This document shows positions 20,023 through 30,371 of a DNA stretch of 64,000 nt, one piece after another. The position numbers and the translations under genes were made by a program. The DNA is from Trueperaceae bacterium (GTDB lineage: Bacteria; Deinococcota; Deinococci; Deinococcales; Trueperaceae): the NCBI GenBank assembly GCA_965215565.1, contig CBDCDZ010000004.1, positions 3,104,001 through 3,168,000 of the forward strand, read 5' to 3'. A model generated the notes under the pieces. It was not told the DNA's origin. It saw only the letters and a list, made by a program, of their open reading frames with translations, and did not search any database. Position 1 is the stretch's first letter; every line of letters begins with the position of its first letter.

Positions 20023-20319
20023 TCAGGCGTTCGCCTTCGCCCACCTCTCGATGCGGGCGAGGTCTTCGGTGGCTTTCTCCTCTTTCATCATCGCCAAAAG
20101 CTTGGGGCTCGCGTCTACATTGGGCGTGCCGACACCCTCGATGATATCCACCATCTTCGCGCTAAAGGCGCGGAGCGGCACCTCCACGCTGATGTCTTGC
20201 GTGTTGTCCGGTGTGGGCTTATGAAAGAGGAGCAAATCTTTCTCTAGGGCGTTGTTGCACGTGGGGTTGACCTCCACGAGCACGTCGCCGTGATCAGTTT
20301 TGACGAGATAGGCGTTCAC
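20023..20319 (-). CDS. Hypothetical protein
   Basis: 98-aa ORF with genome-typical composition, convergent with its neighbour. Confidence 0.6.
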   Translation of the reverse strand: MNAYLVKTDHGDVLVEVNPTCNNALEKDLLLFHKPTPDNTQDISVEVPLRAFSAKMVDIIEGVGTPNVDASPKLLAMMKEEKATEDLARIERWAKANA

Positions 20320-20419
20320 ACGTTAGCTTAGCACGCACGTGGCGGGTTCACTAACAAATGACGCGCCTCGCATTTACCTTTGAACCGACATCTCACGAGG
20401 AGAAATCACGTATAGTTAG

Positions 20420-20587
20420 CGGGTAGTGGCGACACAAAACCTCGCTCGCCAGGCGCGCGGTCCTCGGTCTCGAGTCCGCCTCAAAGGGTACTCGGAGGGC
20501 TGTTTCCGGCAACACGCTGACCTCTTCGCGCACGCTATTTGATTACGACTTGAGGAGCGGCCAGCGCCTCCAAACACACCACTTCCG
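20420..20587 (+). ncRNA. Rod-like structured RNA, 6S-like candidate
   Basis: Nested stems across about 168 nt with a large asymmetric bubble; TATAGT -10 at 20411-20416; strand tentative. Confidence 0.45.
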
Positions 20588-20706
20588 TGAGAGGAAATCA
20601 TGAAAAAAGCGACACAGGTATCTTTGTCGTGCCTGACCCGGTGTCCGGCTCGATATTCGGCTCAGTCTTTATCTTCTGATGCCGCCCTTTTAGTGAGACC
20701 ACCTAC

Positions 20707-22542
20707 ATGCACGAGATATTTCATCTAAACCCCGGCTTCTTCATCGCGCTGACCATCGCTTTGGGCGCGGTGGCGCAGTGGCTCGCGTGGCGCGTGAATC
20801 TGCCCGCGATTCTGCCGCTCTTAATCATCGGCTTTCTGATCGGTCCGGTCTTCGGCGTCGTCGCGCCCTCGGAGTTTATCGGGGAGGACCTGCTCTTTCC
20901 CGCTATCGGTTTGGCGGTAGGGCTCATCCTCTTCGAAGGCGGGCTGACGCTGCGCCTGCCCGAAGTGCGCGAAGTGCGGCGCGTGGTGCTCAACCTGGTC
21001 ATCGTTGGCTCGCTCATCACCTGGCTCGGCGCGACGGCGGCGGCGTATTACATCGTCGGGCTCAACCTCTCGCTCGCGTCGCTCTTCGGAGCGCTCGTCA
21101 TCGTCACCGGACCTACCGTCATCGGCCCGCTCATACGCAACGTCAGACCGACGGCGCGCATCGCCAACGTGCTCAAGTGGGAGGGCATTCTCATTGACCC
21201 CGTTGGAGCGCTCGTGGCGGTGCTGGTTTTCGAGTACATCTTGCTCGGCAACCGCAGCGAGGCGCTCGGGCAAACGATTTTGCTCTTTTTGCGCTTTCTC
21301 ACCGTGGGCACAGTCGTTGGGGTGATCGGCGGGCTCTCCTTAGCCTTTTTGTTGCGCCGCCGCTTCATCCCGGATTACCTCATCAACTTCGTGTCGCTGG
21401 CGCTCGTCTTTACCGTGTTCGCCCTTTCGAACGGCTTCGCCGAGGAGTCGGGGCTTTTGGCGACGACGGTCATGGGCATCATTATGGCGAACCGGCACGT
21501 GCCGAATATCGAGGGGATTTTGAGCTTCAAGGAGGACTTGACCATCCTCTTCATCTCGCTTCTTTTCCTCGTGTTGGCGGCGAATATCGAGTTGACATCC
21601 TTTATGGAGGCGCTCTCCTGGCAAAGCTTAGCGCTCGTCGCCGTGATCATGCTCGTGATACGCCCCTTGAACGTCTTCGCGAGCACCGTGCGCTCCCCTC
21701 TCTCGCTGCGCGAGAAGCTCTTCTTATCGTGGATCGCGCCGCGCGGCATCGTCGCGGCGGCGGTGACCTCGCTCTTTACGGCGCGGCTCGTCGCGGCTGG
21801 GTTCGAAGGGGCGGGTATCCTCACCTCCTTAGTCTTTATCGTCATCGTCGGTACGGTAGCGCTGAACAGCCTCACCGCGAAGCCGATCGCGCAGTTTTTG
21901 GGCGTGGCGGAACCTGACCCGCAAGGGCTTTTCATCATGGGCGCGCACAGCGTGGCGCGGCGCATCGCGGCGTTCTTGAAGGGCGAGGGCTTTAGCGTCG
22001 TCGTGTCGGACACGAACTGGTCGAACGTGGCAACGGCGCGCATCGAAGGACTCGAGGCGTACTACGGTAGTCCGCTCTCTGAGCGCAGCGACGACGACTT
22101 GCGGCTCTCGGGCATCGGCAACCTCTTGGCGCTCACCTCGAACGACGAGGCGAACGCATTGGCGGCGCTTAAATTTGCCCGCGAGTTCGGCTCGGGTCAC
22201 GTCTTCCAGTTGGAACCGGGGCGCAGCAGCCGCGCCCGCGAGAACCTGAGCCAAGAGCAGCGCGGGCGGCTCGTCTTCTATGGCGGCACCACCTACGCGC
22301 AGCTCAACAACCTCTTCAACCGGGGCGGTGAACTGAAGAAAACATCCATCACCGCCGAGTTCAACCTTGCGGACTTCGAAGCGGTTCATGGCACCGATTA
22401 CCTGCCGATGTTCGTTATCCGGGGTAAAAGGATTACCGTGGTGACGGACGAAAGCCTCGAGCTGGAGCCGGGCGCGGTGCTCGTGTCGCTTATATTGACG
22501 CCAAAAGATACTGCCCAGCGCACGCTCACAAGCGCATCTTGA
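20707..22542 (+). CDS. NhaP/CPA1 cation:proton antiporter with RCK-like C-terminal domain
   Basis: ILFEGGL, VTGPTVI, WEGILIDP, APRGIVAA. Confidence 0.9.
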   Translation: MHEIFHLNPGFFIALTIALGAVAQWLAWRVNLPAILPLLIIGFLIGPVFGVVAPSEFIGEDLLFPAIGLAVGLILFEGGLTLRLPEVREVRRVVLNLVIVGSLITWLGATAAAYYIVGLNLSLASLFGALVIVTGPTVIGPLIRNVRPTARIANVLKWEGILIDPVGALVAVLVFEYILLGNRSEALGQTILLFLRFLTVGTVVGVIGGLSLAFLLRRRFIPDYLINFVSLALVFTVFALSNGFAEESGLLATTVMGIIMANRHVPNIEGILSFKEDLTILFISLLFLVLAANIELTSFMEALSWQSLALVAVIMLVIRPLNVFASTVRSPLSLREKLFLSWIAPRGIVAAAVTSLFTARLVAAGFEGAGILTSLVFIVIVGTVALNSLTAKPIAQFLGVAEPDPQGLFIMGAHSVARRIAAFLKGEGFSVVVSDTNWSNVATARIEGLEAYYGSPLSERSDDDLRLSGIGNLLALTSNDEANALAALKFAREFGSGHVFQLEPGRSSRARENLSQEQRGRLVFYGGTTYAQLNNLFNRGGELKKTSITAEFNLADFEAVHGTDYLPMFVIRGKRITVVTDESLELEPGAVLVSLILTPKDTAQRTLTSAS

Positions 22543-22870
22543 TACTGTTTCCGGTTAGTTCCCTTTGGAATTAATTGGAAACAGTACTAAAGCAGTTCAC
22601 AGAAGTACTGCATTGGAAGAGCGCTTACGAAGTTTTGCCCCCGGCAAAAGCCTCAGTTCGAAGAACCATCCCGCTCTCAGGCAAAGCCTAGCGGGACGGC
22701 TTCGCCTGAGAGCGGGATTTCATTTAAGAATGTGCGTGTTCACCCAAGTTCTCTAACGTGAGACTGGCTCAAACCAAATGATATAGCAGTTCCAAAACAT
22801 ACTGAGACGGATGAGCACAGATCTCTGTCCGCAAGGACTAGCGGGATTTCATCTCAGAATGTGCGTGCTA
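22540..22870. repeat. Composite repeat cluster: family B hairpin (22540-22587) plus two family A units (22588-22783, 22782-22870)
   Basis: Near identity to 34481-34644 (reverse), 36750-36880 and 3105-3204 (reverse). Confidence 0.88.
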
Positions 22871-23075
22871 AGTAGGTGCGTGGAAATAACCTAAACTAAA
22901 GAGGTTGACGAAACGCATCTTACAGGGAGAAATCTTTCCAAAATAGTTTAGATTATTTAGGCTGGAGTACTTAAATGGTGTTCTTTACAGTAAGAGTGTT
23001 TCAAACCAGCTCCGAGCTTTGCGAGACAGACTTTGATACCTGCTATTTATTCCTCCTTCTTGATTCTATTCCTTG

Positions 23076-24053
23076 TCAGGCGCTTAGTACCCCTACCGCG
23101 ATGTAGCCGATATAAACCGCGTAGATCACCAGAACGATCAATCCCTCAACCCGCGTGAACTTCAGGCGTAGCGTCAGGAAAACAGCCACGATCACGCTGA
23201 CGCCGATCATCGTCCAGAAGTCCGGGCTGTAGAATTCGGGCGGCACGTTGAGGGGTACTATCATCGACGTGATCCCAATAATCGAGAGGACGTTAAAGAT
23301 ATTCGAACCCACCAAGTTGCCGAGAATAATATCGCCCTCTTTTTTGAGCGCCGCCGCGACGCTCGCCGCGAGTTCGGGCAGGCTCGTACCCACTGCAACG
23401 AGCGTAATGCCGATAACACGTTCGGGAACACCTGCCGCTTCAGCTAGGCTCACCGCCCCCGCCACCAAAAGCTGTGCGCCCGCAACGAGTAGCGCCGCGC
23501 CGACGGCTGTGAAGATGAGCGGTTTGGTAATACCTTCGTCTTCAACCTCTTCAAGCTCACTCGCCATCTCTTCGATTTCGCTCTGCTCGTCGCTGCGCAA
23601 GAGGACGACGACGTAGCCAACCAGCAAACCGAACAAGAGGAGACCCTCGAGCCGGTTGATCCGCGCCAGCCCATCCTCGCCTGCGCCAAAGGTCAACACG
23701 AGTAGTAGCAAACTCGTCCCAATCATAAAAGGAACTTCGCGCCGCACGAAGCTCTTCGTCGTCGCCAGCGGATAGATAAGCGCCGCCACGCCCATCACGA
23801 GCGCAAGGTTGGCAATATTTGAGCCGATGATGTTGCCCATCACCAGGTCGTCCGCGCCCTGAAAGGCAGCGGTCAGGGCGGCGGCGAGTTCGGGCGCACT
23901 CGTGCCGAACGCCACCACAGTTAGCCCGATAAAGAGCGTGCTGACGCCGAAGTGCCGCGCCAGCTTCGCCGCATTGTCGATGAGGTAGTCACCGCCGAAA
24001 TATAAACAGACGATGCCCGCAATAATCAGTGCGAAGTCGATTAAAATATCCAC
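23076..24053 (-). CDS. Calcium/sodium antiporter (YrbG-like)
   Basis: GTSAPEL and GTSLPEL alpha repeats; GNIIGSN and GNLVGSN. Confidence 0.93.
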   Translation of the reverse strand: MDILIDFALIIAGIVCLYFGGDYLIDNAAKLARHFGVSTLFIGLTVVAFGTSAPELAAALTAAFQGADDLVMGNIIGSNIANLALVMGVAALIYPLATTKSFVRREVPFMIGTSLLLLVLTFGAGEDGLARINRLEGLLLFGLLVGYVVVLLRSDEQSEIEEMASELEEVEDEGITKPLIFTAVGAALLVAGAQLLVAGAVSLAEAAGVPERVIGITLVAVGTSLPELAASVAAALKKEGDIILGNLVGSNIFNVLSIIGITSMIVPLNVPPEFYSPDFWTMIGVSVIVAVFLTLRLKFTRVEGLIVLVIYAVYIGYIAVGVLSA

Positions 24054-24199
24054 GTAAGGTCCTTTGTCGAAAAGAGTTTTTTCATGATGATTTAGATTGA
24101 TACGGACAACTTCGCATTGGAAGATGAAGCTGCGCCTAACTATACTGTGAAAAGGTCTCGCAGATGTTTAGCCGCGCTGCTCATTCACTTGACAGAGAA

Positions 24200-24349
24200 A
24201 ACAAGGGGTCATACGGATTCCGATTGATTACTACATAAACTCTTGCAGAGTTTCTTCCGCTATCATCGGAATCCGTATTCTTTTCAACTCGTTACACTCG
24301 GGGTAATTCCTATGGGAATTAACCGGAAACGGTATCACAACCCCTTGTT
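24200..24349. repeat. Family B element inserted into a REP-like hairpin, TCA duplication
   Basis: aacaagggg-TCA-[tacggattccg...cggaaacggta]-TCA-caaccccttgtt. Confidence 0.8.
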
Positions 24350-24394
24350 CGTGTGAGTCAGGCTCGAGTCTACCTCTAATGCACAGAAGCTCAA

Positions 24395-24973
24395 CTAAAG
24401 ATGCGGTGTAATCGACGGCATCAAATTATCGAATGTCCGCCCCGAGGCGTTCTGCCCGATGGCTTGGAACTGCCAGCCGCTCCCCTCGCGGTAGACTTTC
24501 GTCATGATCTGCGCGGTGTGGTTGCCTTGCGCCGAGAGGTCGAAGCGGGCGATTTCGTCGCCCGTGCTCTTATCCACCAAACGGCAAAACGCATTCTCAA
24601 TCTGCGAGAAGTTCTCGCCCGTGAAGCTGTTGACGACAAAAACAATCGTCGAGACCTCGCCCGGCACGCCGCTCAAGTCCACGATAATTTGCTCGTCATC
24701 GCCTTCGCCCGCGCCCGTGCGGTTGTCGCCCGTATGAATGATGCTCCCGTCACGGCTGCGAAGTTGGCGAAACCAGACCTCATCCACCTTCTGCTTCTGC
24801 GCGTTGAATAAGACCGCGCTCGCGTCCAAGTCGATGTCTTGCTCCCTCGAGCCGAAGCCGAAAAAGCCACCCGACTTCTTCGCGTCCCAGCCGAGCCCCA
24901 TCACGACCTCTTTCAGACCGCTGCCGCCTTTTTCCAAACTGATTTTTTGACCTTTACTTAAACTTACGCTCAT
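24395..24973 (-). CDS. terZ: TerD-family protein (TerZ-like)
   Basis: GLGWD, DLDAS, GDNRTGAGEGDDEQI, NSFTGENF...AFCRL. Confidence 0.85.
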   Translation of the reverse strand: MSVSLSKGQKISLEKGGSGLKEVVMGLGWDAKKSGGFFGFGSREQDIDLDASAVLFNAQKQKVDEVWFRQLRSRDGSIIHTGDNRTGAGEGDDEQIIVDLSGVPGEVSTIVFVVNSFTGENFSQIENAFCRLVDKSTGDEIARFDLSAQGNHTAQIMTKVYREGSGWQFQAIGQNASGRTFDNLMPSITPHL

Positions 24974-25096
24974 AGAGTTCCTTTCGCTGGTTATAGTGAG
25001 GGTTCATCTGTTGAGTAGATAAACCGCTTAGATAAAAGAGAAAAGGACTGAGGGAAAAGAGGTTTTACTCAGTCCTTTAACCTTTCCTCTTTTCTC

Positions 25097-26257
25097 TTAC
25101 TTCCTTCCTGCTCTCCAATTAAACCCAAACCCGTAATGCTCATCCGCCTCGCGGTGTCCCGCAAAGTAACGCTCCTCTTTGGTGATGAGCACGTCGCCCT
25201 GTCTGTTCTCAATCGTGCAGATGGCGCAGAAGGTACGCTTGGGGTCGGGGTTGTCCAGATTGATGACGATTTCGCGCCCGTTCGGGTCGGTGAGGCTGAG
25301 GCGCGCGTTGACCTCGCCGAAGCCGCGTGCCCCCTCGTAGATAAAGGTGAAGACCATGACCTTGTCGATGAGGTCAGGGCGAAATATCGTCAAGTTCTCG
25401 CCGTCTTGCGCCGCGCCGCTGCGGTCGTCTTTGTCTAGGAGGATGTAGGGCGACTCGCCCCGTGCGCCGAAGTAGCCGCCGACGGGCTGAATCACGTGCG
25501 AGTCGCCGTCTTGCATCATGAACATGCAGCCCAGGTCGAGGTCGGGCGCTTTTTGGGCAAACCTGCGCTTTTCTGGACTCTGCCAGTTGAGGTTGACGTG
25601 CACCTGGTTCGCGCCGCGCTTGCTGAGGTTGACGCGCTGCTGGTCGCCGCGTTTCTCTAGGGTGACTTTACTTAGATTGACAGTAGGAGGAGGTGGCGGC
25701 GCGGGCTCTGGTTCAGGCGTTGCAGATTGAATCTCTTCCCCGCCGAAGTGCGCGAGAAGGGCACTTAGACCGCCGTTAAAGCCTTGTCCAACCGCTGAAA
25801 CGCGCCACTCCCCTTTACAGTAAATCTCTGCGAGGATAATGGCTTTTTCGCTCGAGAAATCCGTCCCCGAAAACTCAAAGCGCATCACCTCTTGGTCCGA
25901 CGCGCTGAGGCGAACGTAGCCGCTGTTCAAACCATTCATACTGCCTGTACCGTCAAGCGACACGGTGAGAACGAGCCGTTCAATCGTGTTGGGGAGCTTA
26001 TCTAAGTCAATGCGGAACTGCTCGCGCTCGAGCATGTTCCCGCCCAACGACTCCAGCGCCCCCTCGGGGCTGCGCTTCTGGTTGTAGAAGATGAAGTAGC
26101 GGTCATCAGAGAGTTTACCGTTGGCGTCCACTCCGAAGAGGCTCACGTCCATATCGCCAGGGACTTGGCTGGATAAACCGACGCCTAGCTCGAGCCTCTT
26201 CTGTGGGGTCAACGCACTTAACTTGCTCTTCTGACCGCGAACGAAAGTTTGAGACAC
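25097..26257 (-). CDS. Two-domain TerD-family protein (TerA-like)
   Basis: N-terminal TerD domain, Pro linker, C-terminal DLDLGC/DDRSG..DGENL domain ending W.AG.K. Confidence 0.85.
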   Translation of the reverse strand: MSQTFVRGQKSKLSALTPQKRLELGVGLSSQVPGDMDVSLFGVDANGKLSDDRYFIFYNQKRSPEGALESLGGNMLEREQFRIDLDKLPNTIERLVLTVSLDGTGSMNGLNSGYVRLSASDQEVMRFEFSGTDFSSEKAIILAEIYCKGEWRVSAVGQGFNGGLSALLAHFGGEEIQSATPEPEPAPPPPPTVNLSKVTLEKRGDQQRVNLSKRGANQVHVNLNWQSPEKRRFAQKAPDLDLGCMFMMQDGDSHVIQPVGGYFGARGESPYILLDKDDRSGAAQDGENLTIFRPDLIDKVMVFTFIYEGARGFGEVNARLSLTDPNGREIVINLDNPDPKRTFCAICTIENRQGDVLITKEERYFAGHREADEHYGFGFNWRAGRK

Positions 26258-26260
26258 CCC

Positions 26261-27826
26261 TTACCTACCCCCGCTGATGATGTCGCCTAAGAGCCCCGAT
26301 CCACCTGCGCCGCGCTGCTCGCCCGTTTGCCGCCGGAGTGCAGACTTGAGCCGGTCAGCGAGTCTCGAGAGGGGTAAGCTCTGCAAGTAGATACGCCCCG
26401 GACCCTTCAGGGTTGCCATGAAAAGACCCTCGCCGCCGAAGAGCGCGTTCTTGAAGCCGCCGATGAATTCGATGTTGTAGTCCACCGTGGGAGCCATGCC
26501 GACTAAGCAGCCCGTGTCCACGCGCAAGGTCTCCCCTGATTTAAGGTCGCGCTGAACGATGGCACCGCCCGCGTGAATAAAGGCGCGTCCGTCCCCTTTG
26601 AGCCGCTGGAGGATGAAGCCCTCACCGCCGAAAAAGCCCGCGCCGATGCGCTTGGTAAAGGCGACGCTGATGTCCACACCCTTCGCCGCGCACAAAAAAG
26701 CGTCCTTCTGACAGAAGAACTCGTTGCCGAACTCACTGAGGTCTAAAGGCACGATGCGCCCCGGATAGGGCGCGGCAAAGGCGACGTGCCCTTTGCCCTG
26801 ACCTTGAAACACGAACGAGGTGATGAAGAAGCTCTCGCCACTGATGGCTCTTCGCAGCCCGCCCAAGAGCCCCTGCATGATGCCGCCACCGTCGCCGCCC
26901 ATGCCCGTATTCATTTTGATACCGTCGCCCATGTACATCATCGCGCCGACTTCGGCTTGGACGGATTCGCCGTGGTCGAGTTCGACTTCGACGAGCTGCA
27001 TGTCGTCACCGAAGATGTGATAGTCGATGACGTCCGCGCTACCGCCCTGATTCATGGTCTGTCCACTGCTCCTCCGAATGCTCTCCGCCCCCTGCATCCC
27101 TGAGCCCGACATGGCGGCTCTTTGCTGCTGCGTGGATTGTTGTTGAAAGCTTGAGCTTCCCGACGAGGAGACGTTGCTCGCACCCGGCGGCATATTCGGC
27201 TTCGAGGTCTGCACGCTCGGCATGGGCGGCGTGGTCTGTCCGGTAAACTGCCCGTACTGCGTGTTGGTCTGAGGGGGCGGCTGGTAATTGGGGTGCGCTT
27301 GCGGCGGCTGAGGTGGAGGAGGTGAGGCGGACTGACCGCCGAAGTGCTCCAATAAAGCCTCCAACCCTCCCTGAAATCCTTGCCCCACCGCCGCGAGCCG
27401 CCACTCATCTTTAAGGTAAAGCTCCGCGAGAATGAGCGCTTTTTCGCCGCTGAGTTCAGCGGCGGCGGTGCTATACGTCGCGTAGCCGCCATCTGAACCC
27501 GTCAGCGTGAACTGCGTGTTGCCCGGCCCAGCTTGCTCACCCGTCACTGTAAAGACAAGCCGCTGGACCTGCGGCGGTAGCTTAGCAAGGTCAACGTTGA
27601 CGTTGACCCTACCGTTACTCGCCGGACTCGCGACGATGGCTCCTTCGGGTGAGCTTAGCTGGTTGTAAAAGATGAAGTAACGCTCATCCGTGAGCTTGCC
27701 GCTCGAGTCCACCCCGAACACACTGATATCGGCGTCGCTACGGTCGCTGCTCATCGCTACCTGAAGGTTTGTGCTGCGCGTAATCTCCCCCAGCTTCGTC
27801 TTCTGTCCGCGAACGAGGGTGCTCAT
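26261..27826 (-). CDS. TerD-AIM24 (TIGR00266-like) fusion protein
   Basis: TerD N-terminus, Q/P/S linker, GESFF, FAAPYPG, QKDAFL, FGGEGFILQ. Confidence 0.85.
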   Translation of the reverse strand: MSTLVRGQKTKLGEITRSTNLQVAMSSDRSDADISVFGVDSSGKLTDERYFIFYNQLSSPEGAIVASPASNGRVNVNVDLAKLPPQVQRLVFTVTGEQAGPGNTQFTLTGSDGGYATYSTAAAELSGEKALILAELYLKDEWRLAAVGQGFQGGLEALLEHFGGQSASPPPPQPPQAHPNYQPPPQTNTQYGQFTGQTTPPMPSVQTSKPNMPPGASNVSSSGSSSFQQQSTQQQRAAMSGSGMQGAESIRRSSGQTMNQGGSADVIDYHIFGDDMQLVEVELDHGESVQAEVGAMMYMGDGIKMNTGMGGDGGGIMQGLLGGLRRAISGESFFITSFVFQGQGKGHVAFAAPYPGRIVPLDLSEFGNEFFCQKDAFLCAAKGVDISVAFTKRIGAGFFGGEGFILQRLKGDGRAFIHAGGAIVQRDLKSGETLRVDTGCLVGMAPTVDYNIEFIGGFKNALFGGEGLFMATLKGPGRIYLQSLPLSRLADRLKSALRRQTGEQRGAGGSGLLGDIISGGR

Positions 27827-27829
27827 CCG

Positions 27830-28408
27830 CTACCCGACGTTCACGCCGAAGTTTTTCGCTAGCGGTCCGAGACCACCGTTATAACCCTGCCCGACGGCTC
27901 TAAACTTCCACTCGTTGTTGTGACGGTAGAGTTCGCCAAAAATCATCGCCGTCTCGGTGCTCGCGTCCTCCGAGAGGTCGTAACGGGTGATTTCGTTGTT
28001 ACTTTCAGCGTTGACGACACGGATAAAGGCGTTTTGGACCATGCCGAAGTTCTGCTTGCGCGAGTCGGCATCGTGAATGGTGACTGCTACGACGAGCTTC
28101 TGCACGTCATTGGGCACGCTTGGGAGCTGCACCTTAATGGCTTCGTCGTCCCCTTCGCCCTCGCCCGTGCGGTTATCACCCGTGTGCTCGACGGAGCCGT
28201 CCGAGCTTTTGAGGTTGTTATAGAAGATGAAATCCTGATCGCTGCGAATCTTGCCCGATTCGTTTAGCAAAAAGACGCTCGCGTCTAAGTCGAAGTCCGA
28301 GCCGTCCGTACTGCGCACGTCCCAACCCAAGCCAACCATCGCGTTCTTTAAGTTCGGGTCTTCCTTGCTGAGACTGACGTTGCCACCTTTTTGTAGACTG
28401 ACTGCCAT
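27830..28408 (-). CDS. terD: TerD/TerE family protein
   Basis: [38 protein letters not shown]. Confidence 0.93.
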   Translation of the reverse strand: MAVSLQKGGNVSLSKEDPNLKNAMVGLGWDVRSTDGSDFDLDASVFLLNESGKIRSDQDFIFYNNLKSSDGSVEHTGDNRTGEGEGDDEAIKVQLPSVPNDVQKLVVAVTIHDADSRKQNFGMVQNAFIRVVNAESNNEITRYDLSEDASTETAMIFGELYRHNNEWKFRAVGQGYNGGLGPLAKNFGVNVG

Positions 28409-28568
28409 GTTGTGCTCCTCTCGAGTTCTATAGATTTTAATAACTTCATTATGCCAAATGTAGGTTAAGAATGCGTCAAGCTAAAACAGTAACGAGTTCC
28501 GAGCAATGAGTGAAAAGCCTTTAGCTTTAACTTTCAACTCATTGCTCGTTGCTCATTGCTCTCTACGC

Positions 28569-29145
28569 CTAGGTATTCACCCCATAAGACGACGCCAGCG
28601 GTCCCAACCCACCATTAAACCCTTGGCCGACAGCGCGAAACTTCCACTCATCGTTATGGCGGTAAACCTCTCCAAACACCATCGCCGCTTCGGTGCTCGC
28701 GTCTTCCGAGAGGTCATAGCGGGCGATTTCGTTATTGTTTTCAGCGTTCACCACGCGGATAAACGCGCTCTGCACCATGCCGAAGTTCTGGCGGCGGCTC
28801 TCGGCGTCGTGAATGGTCACGGCGACGACGACTTTTTGCACGTCACTCAGGAACGCCCTCTAAATTTACAGAGACAACCTCATCATCGCCTTCGCCTTCG
28901 CCCGTACGGTTGTCGCCCAAGTGCTCCACCGCGCCGTCGCTGCTTTTGGCGTTGTTGTAGAAGATGAAATCTTGGTCGCCGCGCACCTTGCCCGACTCGT
29001 TGAGTAAAAACGCGCTCGCGTCGAGGTCGAAGTCTGCGCCGTCCGTCGCCCGCAAATCCCAGCCTAAGCCCACGTTGATTTTCTTGAGCCCCGGCTCGGA
29101 TTTGGTCAGCGAGACGTTGCCACCTTTTTGCAAGTTGACTGCCAT
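28569..29145 (-). pseudogene. terD: TerD/TerE paralog split by a 1-nt insertion near 28848
   Basis: CCT-G-AGT-GAC-GTG; removing one base gives VPSDVQK, colinear with VPNDVQK of the neighbour. Confidence 0.85.
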
Positions 29146-29438
29146 ATGTGCCTCCTTTGCTGCTTCTATTTACGTTAGCATCAGTTTAGTATAGTTACGC
29201 CGTTGAAAATGTTACAAACATTGGTCGCTAAAGCTCAGCACGCTTCCTGCTGTTCATTTAAGGCGCACTTTGCGGCGGCTCAGGGACGAAATGACCGATG
29301 AGCCTATCCCACACGCCAGCGAGACCTGTTCTGAATTCAGGAATGATTTGCATTTTCCTCCTCGAGCTGCCCCGGTAACGTTTTAACTCGCACTCCTAAA
29401 TCTAGGTCCTTCCTCAAACCGCATTCACCGGAATGAAC

Positions 29439-30371
29439 TCACGGTGCGGCTCCTCTGTACCTAAGTGGCGTTACGCTCAAACCGTAATGCGCCGCCCTTT
29501 GCACAATCTGTTCCGCCCACCGTCTGTGCGTACTCGGCTCGCAGAGTCGCCCATTGCGCAAGAAAACGGCGGGCGCGTCCGCTTCTAAAATGGCTTGCGC
29601 GCTCTCCCACTCCTGCGGGCTAACTTTATAGCACGCTTCGATAACGGGGATTTGCTGAGGGTGAATCGCTGTTTTACCGAAAAGTCCGTGTTGCAAGTCG
29701 AGGTGGACCTCTCGGGTCAACGTTGCGGGGTCATTCACCGCGTCGTAAACAGGGGCGCTCAGGTTGAAACCGAAGGGTTTGAAGAGGGTGACGAGGCGAT
29801 TTATGACGTGTGAAAGCGGTGTGTCGTAGAGGAGCACGCCGCGCTCGCGGCGCAAGGAAAGCAGGTTCAAGAGGTCGTTGCCGCCGATGCGCAGGGATAA
29901 GATACGGCTTTTGATACGAGGCTCGAGCAACCTATCCCGCAGCCGTGTCATCAAGAGGTCGCTGAATACCTCTTGCGTTTCCAAGGTGAGCATCAGGGAA
30001 AGGTGACTCTGGGGCGGCAAGAGGTCGAGATAGTCCTCTAGGTTCTCCGCTGCGACTTTAGGTAAAACTAAACCGTGCAAGGAAGCGGTATTCATCGCGA
30101 GCACGTGGCGTAATACCTCCACATTTCGGACGCGCACGAAGCGCATAGGCGCGGCGGCGTCATCCAAGCTGAGGGTGTTTAGAGCCGTTGCCAAATTATG
30201 CAGCGCATAAGGCAGTTCGGACAGCCCCACCGCATCCTCCGTGCAGTAAATCAGCGAGCGGAGCGGGAACTTCTGACCTCTTCCAATCGCGACAAGGTCG
30301 GGATGCGTCGCCGGAACGTATAGACTCGCGCCGAGGGCGAGGGCGTCGTTGACATCCATAGTCGAGGTCAT
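29439..30371 (-). CDS. HpcH/HpaI aldolase/citrate lyase family protein (Ter biosynthetic module)
   Basis: LGASLYVPA, CTEDAV, RIGGNDL, GKTAIHPQQ. Confidence 0.9.
   Translation of the reverse strand: MTSTMDVNDALALGASLYVPATHPDLVAIGRGQKFPLRSLIYCTEDAVGLSELPYALHNLATALNTLSLDDAAAPMRFVRVRNVEVLRHVLAMNTASLHGLVLPKVAAENLEDYLDLLPPQSHLSLMLTLETQEVFSDLLMTRLRDRLLEPRIKSRILSLRIGGNDLLNLLSLRRERGVLLYDTPLSHVINRLVTLFKPFGFNLSAPVYDAVNDPATLTREVHLDLQHGLFGKTAIHPQQIPVIEACYKVSPQEWESAQAILEADAPAVFLRNGRLCEPSTHRRWAEQIVQRAAHYGLSVTPLRYRGAAP

Noticed and set aside
22565..22756. Small ORFs over repeats (also 36610-36948, 36875-37081, 5526-5753)
   Set aside because: Translations of non-coding repeats, with identical peptides at several loci
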